This document shows, piece by piece, positions 22,535-36,121 of a stretch of DNA of 64,000 bases (positions within the stretch are counted from its first letter, which is position 1; every line of letters begins with the position of its first letter). A program made the position numbers and the translations under genes. The notes under the pieces were generated by a model. It had not been told where the DNA came from. It saw only the letters and a program-made list of their open reading frames with translations, and did no database searches. The stretch covers positions 280,554 to 344,553 of the forward strand of contig NIVC01000553.1 in NCBI GenBank assembly GCA_002269645.1, in the 5' to 3' direction. This DNA is from Macrostomum lignano. Taxonomy: Eukaryota.

Positions 22535-24625
22535 CTAGATCCTCAGTTACTGGGTCACATCCTCCCAGATCCTCAGTTGCTGGGCCAGCCTCCCAGATTC
22601 TCAGTTGCTGGGTCACAGCCTCCCAGATCCTCAGTTACTGGGCCAGCCTCCCAGATCCTCAGTTACTGGGTCACAGCCTCCCAGATCCTCAGTTACTGGG
22701 CCAGCCTCCCAGATCCTCAGTTGCTGGGCCAGCCTCCCAGATCCTCAGTTACTGGGTCACAGCCTCCCAGATCCTCAGTTACTGGGCCAGCCTCCCAGAT
22801 CCTCAGTTGCTGGGCCAGCCTCCCAGAGTTTCAGTTGCTGCAGGCCAGCCTCCCAGATCCTCAGTTGCTAAGGCAGCCTCCCACAGTGCCAGTTGCTGGG
22901 CCAGCCTCCCACAGTGTCAGTTGCTGGGCCAGCCTCCCACAGTGTCAGTTGCTGGGCCAGCCTCCCACAGTGTCAGTTGCTGGGCCAGCCTCCCAGATCC
23001 TCAGTTGCTGGGCCAGCCTCCCAGATCCTCAGTTGCTGGGCCAGCCTCCCAGATCCTCAGTTGCTGGGCCAGCCTCCCAGATCCTCAGTTGCTGGGCCAG
23101 CCTTCAAGATCCTCAGTTACTGGGCCAGCCTCCCAGATCCTCAGTTGCTGGGCCAGTCTCCCAGATCCTCAATTGCTGGGCCAGCCTCCCAGATCCTCAG
23201 TTACTGGGCCACAGCCTCCCAGATCCTCAGTTACTGGGCCAGCCTCCCAGATCCTCAGTTGCTGGGCCAGTCTCCCAGATCCTCGATTGCTGGGCCAGCC
23301 TCCCAGATCCTCAGTTACTGGGCCACAGCCTCCCAGATCCTCAGTTACTGGGCCAGCCTCCAAGATCCTCAGTTACTGGGCCAGCCTCCCAGATCCTCAG
23401 TTGCTTGGCCAACCTCCCAGATCCCCAGTTGCTGGGCCAGCCTCCCAGATCCTTGCTGGGCCAGCCTCCCAGATCCTCAGTTACTGGGCCAGCCTCCAAG
23501 ATCCTCAGTTACTGGGCCAGCCTCCCAGATCCTCAGTTGCTGGGCCAGCCTCCTAGATCCCCAGTTGCTGGGCCAGCCTCCCAGATCCTCAGTTGCCGGG
23601 CCAGTCTACCAGATCCTCAGTTACTGGGCCAGTCTCCAAGATCCTCAGTTACTGGGCCAGCCTTCAAGATCCTCAGTTACTGGGCCAGACTTCCAGATCC
23701 TCAGTTGCTTGGCCAGCCTCTCGGAGTTTCAGTTGCTGGGCCAGTCTCCCAGATCCTCAGTTACTGGGCCAGCCTCCAAGATCCTCAGTTACTGGGCCAG
23801 CCTCCAAGATCCTCAGTTACTGGGCCAGCCTCCCAGATCCTCAGTTACTGGGCCACAGCCTCCCAGATCCTCAGTTACTGGGCCAGCCTCCAAGATCCTC
23901 AGTTACTGGGCCAGCCTCCCAGATCCTCAGTTGCTGGGCCAACCTCCCAGATCCCCAGTTGCTGGGCCAGCCTCCCAGATCCTTGCTGGGCCAGCCTCCC
24001 AGATCCTCAGTTACTGGGCCAGCCTCCAAGATCCTCAGTTACTGGGCCAGTCTACCAGATCCTCAGTTGCTGGGCCAGCCTCCCAGATCCCCAGTTGCTG
24101 GGCCAGCCTCCCAGATCCTCAGTTGCTGGGCCAGTCTACCAGATCCTCAGTTACTGGGCCAGTCTCCCAGATCCTCAGTTACTGGGCCAGCCTTCAAGAT
24201 CCTCAGTTACTGGGCCAGCCTCCCAGATCCTCAGTTGCTGGGCCAACCTCCCAGATCCTCAGTTGCTGGGCCAGTCTACCAGATCCTCAGTTACTGGGCC
24301 AGTCTCCCAGATCCTCAGTTACTGGGCCAGCCTCCAAGATCCTCAGTTACTGGGCCAGCCTCCCAGATCCTCAGTTGCTTGGCCAGCCTCCCAGATCCCC
24401 AGTTGCTGGGCCAGCCTCCCAGATCCTCAGTTGCCGGGCCAGTCTACCAGATCCTCAGTTACTGGGCCAGCCTCCAAGATCCTCAGTTACTGGGCCAGCC
24501 TCCCAGATCCTCAGTTGCTGGGGCAGTCTACCAGAGTACCAGTTGCTGGGCCAGCCTCCCACAGTACCAGTTGCTGGGCAAGCCTCCCACAGTGCCAGTT
24601 GCTGGGCAAGCCCTCCTAGATCCTC
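22535..24625. repeat. 28-bp minisatellite CTGGGCCAGCCTCCCAGATCCTCAGTT(A/G) (~75 units)
   Basis: Three units span 28 codons in the ORF track; point and deletion variants. Confidence 0.95.
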
Positions 24626-25534
24626 AGCTTAGCCACACGGGACCAGGGTAACAGCAGATGCATGAGTAATTAATAATCTCCAGCCACACTGCACACGCAA
24701 ATCTTGCTACGAGAACTAACCAAACTAAAAAGTGAGCAGCTCAGTGTTACTCGTATATTACAAAACGCAACAGGGTCTGAAACGCCACGTTAAGGTGAGA
24801 AACAGCCTAAACACACAAGACACTGCAGGCTCGAATCGTGCTCAAGTGCGCAGCACCGGCGGGCTCCGATACAGAGAACGAGAAGCTTCAATCTTGAACT
24901 CACGCAGCTTCATTCTCTAATATACACTTCGGCTGTCATGGGTTGCATTGTATTAAATTTGCTGCTATGGAGCTATTCAATATAGTGTGAAAACTAACAC
25001 TATAAAGATGCGTATACTCTGCGTAGTATGTGCAGTGAACAGTTTATGCAAATTGTATTGAACTGTACTGCATATATACTGAGTGTAATATAGTGAGTGT
25101 ATTTTCTCACACAGGCATTCAGTTAATTCTGTCTTTCATCTGCAGGCACGCATGGGGCAAAATTAATATATGGAATGTATTACGAGTGTAATATGCCGGT
25201 GTATTATAGTCGTATATAGTTCTTCAATTTAAAATTTTTTATTAAACTGGTTGAGCTCTATGGGGGGCGCAGGCAAGCAAGCCGCAGTGACAGTCTCAGT
25301 GTATCAAAATAGCTCGGAAAATCTTGTGCGCATAGCCATGTATCTATACGACTATATGGAGTTGGCAGGTAATCAAAAATGCTACTGGGCAAGCCTCTTT
25401 AATTCAGGTGAACTGATGACTCACCACGCCTGACTGACTGACAGGTTTCAGCTATCTCTTATGAGACTTTTATTTCTGCAAACGAAGTACGAAACGAACC
25501 TTGAGATCGATCTGTATGGATTTCTTAAATCTAA

Positions 25535-25865
25535 GATCCCAAATCACCGGTTCTCTTTGTCTTTACCTGAGATCCCAAATCACCGGTTCTCTTTAACTGA
25601 GATCCCAAATCACCGGTTCTCTACTTGAGATTCCAAATCACCGGTTCTCTTCACCTGAGATTCCAAATCACCGGTTCTCTTTACTCGAGATCCCAAATCA
25701 CCGGTTCTCTTCACCTGAGATCCCAAATCACCGGTTCTCTTTACTCGAGATCCCAAATCACCGGTTCTCTTCACCTGAGATCCCAAATCACCGGTTCTCT
25801 TCACCTGAGATCCCAAATCACCGGTTCTCTTTACCTGAGATCCCAAATCGCCGGTTATCTTGACC
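25535..25865. repeat. 30-bp minisatellite GAGATCCCAAATCACCGGTTCTCTT(T/C)ACCT (~11 units)
   Basis: 10-codon periodicity (RSQITGSLHL). Confidence 0.93.
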
Positions 25866-26716
25866 GGAGATCCGAAACCTGTGAATCAAACCTTTTAAAG
25901 ACGGTTTGTTTGCGTCACTTTAATCACAAATAATATTTAGCATGGCAGTAATCAATTAGTCACTTACCAATTTATCACCGACATCCATCTAAACACCTTG
26001 AACGCAGGGTAAGCATATTTGTCAATAAAAGTATTATCAGTAAATGAATTTTCTGCAAACTCGGAGGATTAGTAAAAAGCATATTAGTATTGTAGAATCA
26101 GGGATCAGTTGATGGTAAGACTTGACATAGCTGAGTAATAATGGTTTGATTTCCATCAGCTATGCCAAAATCTTGCCTCCCACTGAGTAATCCCAGCTTT
26201 CTTAATAATAATTCTTCCCTAATGTTTCCACAAAAGACGCAGTTAGTTAATTAACAAAGTTTCGTAATTGTCCTAGGGAGCAAAAACTGGCCAATTAAGG
26301 ACAGGACAACAGCGGAGGGGGGTGCTGCTTGTCCTTCCTATACTCAAAACTCCGCTCTCTGGCTGGCCTATTCTCAGTGCTGTTATAACTGATAAGATAA
26401 GATGCGAAATTGCCTAGTTTAGGTTAGAGAGGCTTGCTTTATAAATAAATAAGTTAGGAGTAGGACTAAGGAGTTCGGGGGTCCTACTCTATTGCTATCG
26501 TATTGAAAAATTATTGGTTTGTACGCCTGCGCTCTATACTGGATTTGAACTCCATTCAAATAAATGAAACAACTTGAGATCGTCTAATTTAGAGTAAGAA
26601 GTTAAAATTATATAATAGCTAGTGCTAGATCTTTGAAAAGTAAACTGTCCCAGTCCCAGATAGCATCGCAATGCGACGAAAATCCTCCCCATTCCCAGTT
26701 CCCTCCTTCTCCGGAA

Positions 26717-26797
26717 CTTGTGTTTAAAGGAAGCCCAGGCCCTGTGGGCCCTGTCCCTTGTGTTTAAAGGAAGCCCAGGCCCTGTGGGCCCTGTCCC
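26717..26797. repeat. Exact 40-bp tandem duplication
   Basis: CTTGTGTTTAAAGGAAGCCCAGGCCCTGTGGGCCCTGTCC twice. Confidence 0.9.
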
Positions 26798-28544
26798 AGA
26801 GGCTGAGCCGGGGAGCCCTACTGTTTACAAGCGGCGGGCTCGCAAGTGCGCATTTCAAGGTCGAGTTATACAACTTATACTAGTATAGTAGGATAGATTG
26901 TAAAACATCTGTTCAATATGGATTTTTATCCTAGCCGTATACTAGTCTTCCCCAGTTATTTTATGATTATTAGTATAATAGGTAAGGCAGTAGTCGCGCT
27001 ACTAGACATGGTAATTTGGTAATGCTATAAAAAATTACGGCACAACCGAACTTCGACTAACTGAAAAAGCAAGCAAGGCAAAATTGCTACAATTAATGCA
27101 ACAGTTGTTGCTTCGGGTTGGGGTAGTGCGATTTCTTTCTTTATGATTGTACTTTCGTTACGCCCCCTACCTAGTCCGAGGCTTAGGCCTTTCTCGAAAC
27201 ACTCGATTGTCGATTTGTATAGTTGACCAATGTCCAATGAACATCTACACTACATCGCATTGATGATTGATCCCAACTATTTTCTAAATAAGAAGGTAAT
27301 CCACACCACGTAGGTACGAAGGTAATCGTACTAAAAAATACAAATTAAAGTTTCAAGACTTACAGTTACACTGCAATCAAAGTTAGCCTTCGCAGCCGTT
27401 GGCGTTGGTTGTGGAGCTGCGAGATTTCAGGACAACTGAACTCGGAACAGCCCGACACACCCTATTGCGAGCTCAGTCAGTCCTCTTATCTTTAACGACT
27501 TAAAAAGGCTTTGGACAAGCATTGGCTGCTGTCTTTCCAGCGCGCCAAGCCTTCACGCCTTCACTTTGTTTTCTACCAGTAAGCACGCACAGCCGAAACT
27601 TCAATATATAAAGGCTCTCTGATTTGAGGTTGTGGTGGGGTTGGAGGGGCCGCGGGTGGATGGGGTGGTGGGCCGGGTGAAGAAAACCAATTCAGACCAA
27701 CACCACTCCTCTCTCTCCGTACGCGGCGCCGCCACCCCACCCCACCTCCCCAAACTTATTAAACGCGCCGCACCGCTCCATTTCCTAGCCCCACTGAGAA
27801 GACTGGGCGGCCTGCACACAGTGCACACAGTGCGACCGTCCAATCTACCCCCCCTTAAATTTCCAAACCAGCCAACCCCGGGCAGCGCTATCGATGTTTA
27901 CCCTTCCCCTTGCCCTGGAGATTTGAAACCAATAATAGAGCTTAGTGTGGGAGCTTGAGAGGAAACGGTACTATGAGAGCGGGAGCTTCGACTCTCAAGA
28001 TTTTTTCGATTGGGGATTGAACAATAAAACTTATTGAATGAGTTTTAGAAAAATAAGAAATAGCCCGTTTGTCTTGCAGTCTGGTGCCTACCTGTGGCGT
28101 AGCTAAGTTCATGACACTTATGACCCCCTGTCAGCTGACCCCCCCATAAAAATTGGCGGAGTTTAAGCTGTTATTTCTCATTTCTAAGAGACTACATAAA
28201 AACCGGTGCAGTTTTGAGCCACGTGCATGTATGGGTGTATACGCATTCTGAAATCCCATTCGATAGCAAACTGTTTTCGTCTAGATTTTATTTTAGATAT
28301 TCCAGACGTATTAGAATTGAATCGAAAATATTTTTCAGCTATTTATACAATAAAAGCCAAAAATGAATGATGCAACACTGATCCTTATTTATCTTATTCT
28401 TCTTTTGCTCTTTAAAGTCTGATTGATTAATACTGCATATATGGCAGCTGCTGACACCGTAAGACCCCTGAAGCTCTATAAGTCTGGGTAATTTGCTTTA
28501 TCAAAAAATCCCAACTCAAAAACCCTGTTTACACTTTTCTCCCA

Positions 28545-29650
28545 CAACAACTCTCTTCCTCTCCCTTTCATCCCTCTCCCTCTTCCTCACCCTCTTCTTT
28601 TTCCCTCTCTCTCCCTCTTCTTTTTCCCTCCCCCTCTCCCTCTCACTCTCCCACTCTCTCCCTCTCCCTCTTCTTCTTCCCCTCTCTCCCTTTCCCTCTC
28701 CCTCTCCCTTTCCCTCTCTCTTTCCCTCTCCCTTTCCCTCTCCCTCTCCCTCTCCTTCTCCCTCTCCCTCTCTCACCCTCTCCCTCTCCTCTCTCACCCT
28801 CTCCCTCTCCCTCTCCCTCTCTCACCCTCTCCCTCTCCCTCTCCCTCTCTCTCTCCCTCTCCCTCTCTCACCCTCTCCCTCTCCCTCTCTCTCTCCCTCT
28901 CCCTCTCCCTCTCCCTTTCCCTCTCCCTCTCCCTTTCCCTCTCTCTCTCCCTCTCCCTTTCCCTCTCCCTCTCCCTCTCCTTCTCCCTCTCCCTCTCTCA
29001 CCCTCTCCCTCTCCCTCTCTCACCCTCTCCCTCTCCCTCTCTCACCCTCTCCCTCTCCCTCTCCCTCTCCCTCTCCCTCTCTCACCCTCTCCCTCTCCCT
29101 CTCTCTCTCCCTCTCCCTCTCCCTCTCACTCTCCATCTCCCTCTGCCTCTCACTCTCCCTCTCCTTCTCCCTCTCCCTCTCTCACCCTCTCCCTCTCCCT
29201 CTCTCACCCTCTCCCTCTCCCTCTCCCTCTCTCTCTCCCTCTCCCTCTCTCACCCTCTCCCTCTCCCTCTCTCCCTTTCCCTCTCCCTCTCCCTCTCCCT
29301 CTCTCTCTCCCTCTCCCTCTCCCTCTCCCTCCCCTTCTCCCTCTCACTCTCTCTCCCTCTCCCTGTCCTTCCTCTCTCTCTCCCTTTCCCTCTCCCTCTC
29401 CCTCTCCATCACCCTCTGCCTCTCACTCTCCCTCTCCTTCTCCCTCTCCCTCTCTCACCCTCTCCCTCTCCCTCTCTCACCCTCTCCCTCTCCCTCTCCC
29501 TCTCTCACCCTCTCCCTCTCCCTCTCCCTCTCCCCCTCCCTCTCTCTCCCTCTCCCTCTCCCTCTCCCTCTCTCACCCTCTCCCTCTCCCTCTCCCTCTC
29601 CCCCTCCCTCTCCCTCCCCCTATCCCTCTTTTTCTTCCTCTCTGTCTCTC
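28545..29650. repeat. (CTCTCC)n polypyrimidine microsatellite
   Basis: Direct inspection. Confidence 0.95.
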
Positions 29651-30197
29651 ACCTCTGCCGTAAAATGAAGATGCAAAACCATCAAACTTATAAAGAGCCT
29701 CCTTTCTCTTAGCTATAGCTAGATTCGAGTACACCACAGTAACATGCCGTTTTTTTGATCCGGTCAGATTCGATAGTTACGTGCTTGCCGCTAATCCCAG
29801 TATTAGTTGTCTTTCTAATTATCTATTAAATACGGCTAACGCTCGATCGGATCTTATAGAATGCAGAAGAATAAAGGATTTAAATCACCTGAAACCTTAG
29901 ATTATTAATAGTAATACTTTAATATACTATGGCTAGTATACATTCCTCAATGTCTTTCTTGTTCTTCGATTTCGCCCCCCTTCCCTGGCCCCGGGCTACC
30001 AAGAGTTTGGCGGTTCTGGCAGTCCGATCGATACGGATACCCCAGGAGGATCTTTGGTTTCTCCTCATCATTATCTGTCTTATCTGTCTTATAGCTGTCG
30101 CCCTGTAGCCCCTGTTCAATAATCTGTTATGTTAAATTCAGGTACTAAATAATACTGTGCAGTTTGAATGACTCACCACTTGGAGAATTATTCTTTA

Positions 30198-31030
30198 ACA
30201 TTGGCGCCACTGATCTCTAATATTGGCGCCACTGATCTTTAACATTGGCGCCACTGATCTCTAATATTGGCGCCACTGATCTTTAACATTGGCGCCACTG
30301 ATCTCTAATATTGGCGCCACTGATCTTAAACATTGGCGCTACTGATCTCTAACACTGGCGCCACTGATTTCTAACTATGGCGCCACTGATCTCTAATATA
30401 GGCGCCAATGATCTCTAACATTGGCGCTACTGATCTCTAACACTGGCGCCACTGATTTCTAACTATGGCGCCACTGATCTCTAATATAGGCGCCAATGAT
30501 CTCTAACATTGGCGCTACTGATCTCTAACACTGGCGCCACTGATTTCTAACTATGGCGCCACTGATCTCTAATATAGGCGCCAATGATCTCTAAAATTTA
30601 GCGCCACTGATCTCTAACACTGGCGCCAATGATATATAACACTGGCGCCACTGATCTCTAATATAGGCGCCAATGATCTCTAATGATGGCGCCACTGATC
30701 TCTAATATTGGCGCCACTGATCTCTAACATTGGCGCCACTGAACTCTAATGATAGCGCCACTGATCTCTAATATAGGCGCCAATGATCTATAATATAGGC
30801 GCCAATGATCTATAATATAGGCACCAATGATCTATAATATAGGCACCAATGATCTATAATATAGGCTCCAATGATCTATAATATAGGCTCCAATGATCTA
30901 TAATATAGGCGCCAATGATCTATAATATAGGCGCCAATGATCTATAATATAGGCACCAATGATCTCAAACATTGGCGCCACTTATCTCTAGCATTGGCGC
31001 CACAGATACGTACCATGGCGCCATTATTGT
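30198..31030. repeat. 22-bp minisatellite ATTGGCGCCACTGATCTCTAA(T/C) (~37 units)
   Basis: 22-bp period, drifting to ATAGGCGCCAATGATCTATAAT distally. Confidence 0.93.
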
Positions 31031-31317
31031 CAAATTGTAGTCTATTTCGTATTCTCGACATTTTTAGCGCCGACTTTGACTTCTCATTCCCAATAATCCT
31101 CAGTCAACAAAAAATCCCAGCTAATTTCAAGGCCGAACGACTTCCTCCAGTTTGCGTTCGCAGCTTCCGCGTCATTTGATGATGGATTTCAATTTCTCGG
31201 TTGATTGACTGTGCGGTTGAAGCGACTTTTGAAGCAGCTGCGCAAGTCATCAATATCAGAAATATTGAGAAACTTCTGCCGCAGTGAAAGAAGGAAATCT
31301 ATAGCTTATTCTGGTCT

Positions 31318-31709
31318 GGTGAGACACTCACTACTCACTCAGGTGAGACACTCACTACTCACTCAGGTGAGACACTCACTACTCAATCAGGTGAGACACT
31401 CACTACTCACTTAGGTGAGACACTCACTACTTACTCAGGTGAGACACTCACTACTCGATCAGGTGAGACACTCACTACTCACTTAGGTGAGACACTCACT
31501 ACTCAATCAGGTGAGACACTCACTGCTCACTCAGGTGAGACACTCACTACTCACTCAGGTGAGACACTCACTGCTCACTCAGGTGAGACACTCACTGCTC
31601 ACTCAGGTGAGACACTCACTACTCACTCAGGTGAGACACTCACTGCTCACTCAGGTGAGACACTCACTACTCACTCAGGTGAGACACTCACTGCTCACTC
31701 AGGTGAGAT
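31318..31709. repeat. 24-bp minisatellite CAGGTGAGACACTCACT(A/G)CTCACT (~16 units)
   Basis: 8-codon periodicity (QVRHSLLT). Confidence 0.95.
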
Positions 31710-31752
31710 ATACATTGTCAGAATGTATATTATGTGAATGTATGAATGTATA

Positions 31753-33107
31753 ATATGGTTGTCAGAAAAGTTCTGTGTATTAGAGAATAGCTCAGCTCAC
31801 TAGATGAATAGCTGAAGAATTGGGGTTTTAGCCATAGATATATACATATATAAAGAGTCGCTAGCTTCAGTTTTAGAGCACCAGAAGCACCAGATTACTT
31901 CTAGCCTGTGCAGCAGTCATTTTTCAACCACACCCATGGCGCATTCCGTCCCGCGAGAGAGTTTTTCTAAACGCGACAATCGAGCGATCATCAAGTTTCA
32001 TGTCCTTCAGGGGCGTTCAGCAACCGAGATTTTTGAAGAAATGCGGCAGACCATGGGATACTTTTGCCCATCTTATGAGACGATTCGCCGCTGGGCTATT
32101 GCCATTCGCAACGGCAAAGAAGACCTTGACGACAAGCCACGCAGTGGACGACCAACGAGTGCTCGGACTGACAGCCTGGTGAGTCAGGTGGAGGCAGCCG
32201 TGTTGCAGGGCCGGAGACTGACCACCAGGCAGCTGGCTGATGCCATAGGGGTGTCCCACGACTCAGTCCACAAGATCCTGACCGAGGACCTTGGGATGCG
32301 CAAGGTCTGTGCCAAGTGGGTGCCGCATCTGCTCACTGACGATCAGCGGGCTCGGCGGGTCGCCATGTGCGCATCTAACCTGCAGCGGTGTCGGCGGGAG
32401 GGCATGGCGTTCCTGCAGAAGATCGTTGCCTGCGACGAAACCTGGGAGCATTCTTGGGAGGCGGAGTTGAAGCGGCAGAGTGCCACATGATGCAGGCCAG
32501 GTTCTCCGCGACCTCAAAAGGCCATCCGGAGCATCGGCCAGCTGAAGGTCATGCACGTGACTTTCTTCGACCGGGAGGGTCTGTTGTTCGATCAGCCTGT
32601 GCCAGTGGGGCAGACGGTCAATGGTGATTTCTACCTGTCGGTTTTGGTGAAAGTTCGGCGTGCGATTCGGGACAAAAGGCCTGCACTTCACGCGGCTGGC
32701 CCGATTCTGCTTCACGACAACGCAGCCCCGCGCCGAAAGCAAAGCGTGCTGGCTACGATCGAGTCGTGGGGGTGGGAAATTCTTCCGCATCCGCCTTATT
32801 CCCCGGACTTGAGTCCATTGCGACTTTTTCCTCTTCCCTCGCATCAAGGAGTCGATGCGGGGCCAGCGTTTCAGCGCAGAGGAAGACGTGAATCAGGCCT
32901 ACAAGGCTGGCATTGCCACCGTGACGAACAATGGTATGACTGCAGGCATTGACGGGCTCTTGCGGTGTTGGGAGAAGTGCATTGAAGCTGAGGGCTCATA
33001 CTTTGAGTGAATAGATGTTAAGGAAGACATTTGTAACTTTTCATGTTTTTATTGTTTATCGTTCTCAAGTTATTACAATATACACAGAACATATCTGACA
33101 ACCCTCA
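31753..33107 (+). mobile_element. Mariner (DD34D) transposon, ~1.35 kb
   Basis: Imperfect TIRs GGTTGTCAGAAAAGTTCTGTGTAT (31757-31780) / ATACACAGAACATATCTGACAACC (33080-33103); TA at 31751-31752 and 33108-33109. Confidence 0.9.
31936..33009 (+). pseudogene. Mariner transposase with a premature TGA (32488-32490) and a +1 frameshift near 32818
   Basis: HTH region, WVPHLLT, CDETW, LHDNA, HPPYSPDLSP then shifted-frame CDFFLFP...WEKCIEAEGSYFE*. Confidence 0.9.
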
Positions 33108-33604
33108 TAAAAGGTTTATGCTTTCCCTAAAAGCATATCCTTACACATCATTACACATTCTGGAGAATCATAAAAACGAATACCATGAAAATGGAGAGAA
33201 AAACTATGCTCAACTTTAAACCAGAAAAGCGGGACCAGCCATAAATGCGTTGCAGCAATTATTTTTTTCTGACTTATTTTTACACCGCAAGTTAAAGCCG
33301 GCGGGCTCTCTGTGAACTCTCTAGATTTGTTTGCCAAGGGCAGGACCCCCGACTCTGAGCTTCAAACAACTCTTCAAATGTGAATGACAAGAGCTATTGG
33401 TAATTTTTATTCACGAGCACGACTGCGCTCCATGGCCTATTGGACTGAGTACACAATATGTAGAATCCATGAGAGCTTGGCTTAAAAAACTGTACAAGTA
33501 CTCGTATAGAATTTCGTAATTTCAGTGCACTTTTTGGAACTGTCTTTGTTTGTCTGTGTGTGATGTGGTCTTGGCTAGACCGTTTCCACCTTTATGTGTG
33601 CCTG

Positions 33605-34000
33605 CCGTATTCTCCTCTCTCATCTCTCGTATCTCTCTCCTCTTCTATTCCTCTTCTTTTATTAGCTCTCTTCTCTCTCCTTTTCTTATCTCTCTCGTCT
33701 CATCTTACCTCTTCCTTCTCTTATCTCTCTCCTCTCCTCTCATCTCTCTTCTCCCATCTCTCCTCTCCTCTTTTCTGATCTCACCTCTCCTCTTCTCTCA
33801 TCTCTCTCTTCTCTCTTTCTCTTATCTCTCCTCTCCTCTCCTCTCATCTGTCTTCTCCCACTCTCCTCTCTTTTCTCATCTCACCTCTCCTCTTCTCTCA
33901 CCTCACCTCTCCTCTTCTCCCATCTCTCTTTCCTCTCCCTTTCTCTCTGTTCTCCTCTTGCCTCATCTCTGCTCCATTCTTCTCTCATCTTGCCTTTCCT
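33605..34000. repeat. CT-rich degenerate microsatellite
   Basis: TCTCCTCTC-type repeats. Confidence 0.9.
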
Positions 34001-34309
34001 ATTGTATCACTCCACGGGTTTTTTATCATCATGACAATGAAAAATTAAAACCAAAAAAACGCAGTCACATAGATGGGTTTGCAAGCATTAAACTTTGAGT
34101 CGCGGATTTTCCCAGAGAAAGGAAACACACACGTAGGTCATTAGATTGCTAGCGCAAACAGGTGGTTACCTGGCGGAGTATCAATTGGTTTCCGCTCCGA
34201 CTCTATTGTGTGGTTGCCGCAAATTAGAAAAGTAAACAAATTGACTTGTGACGGAGTCACGGAGGTCAATCTAATTAAAGCAAATTAGAGGGACACACGC
34301 AAATAGGAA

Positions 34310-34975
34310 GGGTATAAGGAAAGGAGAGGAAGGTAGGGAGGAAGGGGAAGAAGAAGGGAGAGGAAGGAAGAGAAGAAGGGAGAGGAAAGGAGAGAAGAAG
34401 GGAGAGGAAGGGAGAGAAGAAGGGAGAGGAAGGCAAAGAAGAAGGGAGAGGAATGGAGAGACGAAGGGAGAGGAATGGAGAGACGAAGGGAGAGGAATGA
34501 AGAGAGGAAGGGAGAGGAAGGGAGAGGAAGGGAGAGAGGAAGAAAGAGAATAAGGGAGAGGAAGGCAGAGAAGAAGGGAGAGGAATGGAGAGACGAAGGG
34601 AGAGGAATGGAGAGACGAAGGGAGAGGAATGGAGAGACGAAGGGAGAGGAAGGGAGAGAGGAAGAAAGAGAATAAGGGAGAGGAAGGCAGAGAAGAAGGG
34701 AGAGGAATGGAGAGACGAAGGGAGAGGAATGGAGAGACGAAGGGAGAGGAATGGAGAGACGAAGGGAGAGGAATGGAGAGACGAAGGGAGAGGGTAAGGG
34801 AGAGAGGAAGGGAGAGGAAGGGAGAGAGGAAGAAAGAGAAGAAGGGAGAGGAAGGGAGAGAGGAAGGGAGAGGAAGGCAGAAAAGAAGGGAGAGGAATGG
34901 AGAGACGAAGGGAGAGGGTAAGGGAGAGAGGAAGGGAGAGGAAGGGAGAGAGGAAGGGAGAGACGAAGATAGAGA
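34310..34975. repeat. GA-rich repeat with 22-bp GGAGAGACGAAGGGAGAGGAAT units
   Basis: Direct inspection. Confidence 0.9.
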
Positions 34976-35620
34976 GAGAATTCATAACAGGCTCCATAGA
35001 ACTCTGCATTACTTTTAAAAAGTCTCAACACTAGCGCTGGCCAAAAAGGAAAATGTTTCTCAGAAAATGCTCCAAATTATAATAGGTGATACAGGTGAAG
35101 ACCCCAAATTAAACTATAAAAAACACTGAAAGGGTATTGCGCACAAAATGTGCTTAGAAAATTATAAGCACGTTGTTTTATTCATTACGGGCGCCGAAGA
35201 ATATATTTATATATATTTAAACTAATAATAAGCACTCTGCGATATTAACGGCAAACATTGGCACGCACTGGCATACAGTATTGTATATAGTTGAGATTAT
35301 AAAGGACCACACGCAGCGGTGTTGCATATGCGACTAACTGCATTGCATATTGAATTGCTGGGCAAACAGTTCGGGAACACCATGCATGCATTTTTCTCCA
35401 GTTTGTTTGACAGCCAAAGTCGAGCTGTCAGAGCTTATTCCCCCCCCCCACCCACCCCAGATTTTTGAGTCGAGTTTGACTTACTGAGTCAACACAGATT
35501 ACTCTCTTGTATTACTGCCTGCTCATATTCATATCTGCATGGCCTGGGAAGCGAGGTGAATGGGTTTGTTGGAACAGCGATTTAGAAATTAACGACAGCT
35601 TATAAATCTGTTGCAAACAT

Positions 35621-36121
<501 letters not shown>

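Noticed and set aside
20552-24651. Long ORFs of 260-698 aa (GATLSSVTF, WASLPDPQLLGQPP repeats)
   Set aside because: Products of stop-free 27- and 28-bp minisatellites, open in several frames; no independent coding signal.
25405-25430. CTGATGA hammerhead ribozyme core
   Set aside because: No downstream GAAA or stems I-III could be built.
25968-27283. Possible MATH/TRAF-like exons on the minus strand (SMRCSVDVHWTLVNYTNRQSSVSRK; NSFTDNTFIDKYAYPAFKVFRWMSVIN)
   Set aside because: Weak by-eye resemblance to USP7-type MATH; an in-frame TAA follows the first piece and no phase-compatible donor was found. An HMM search would settle it.
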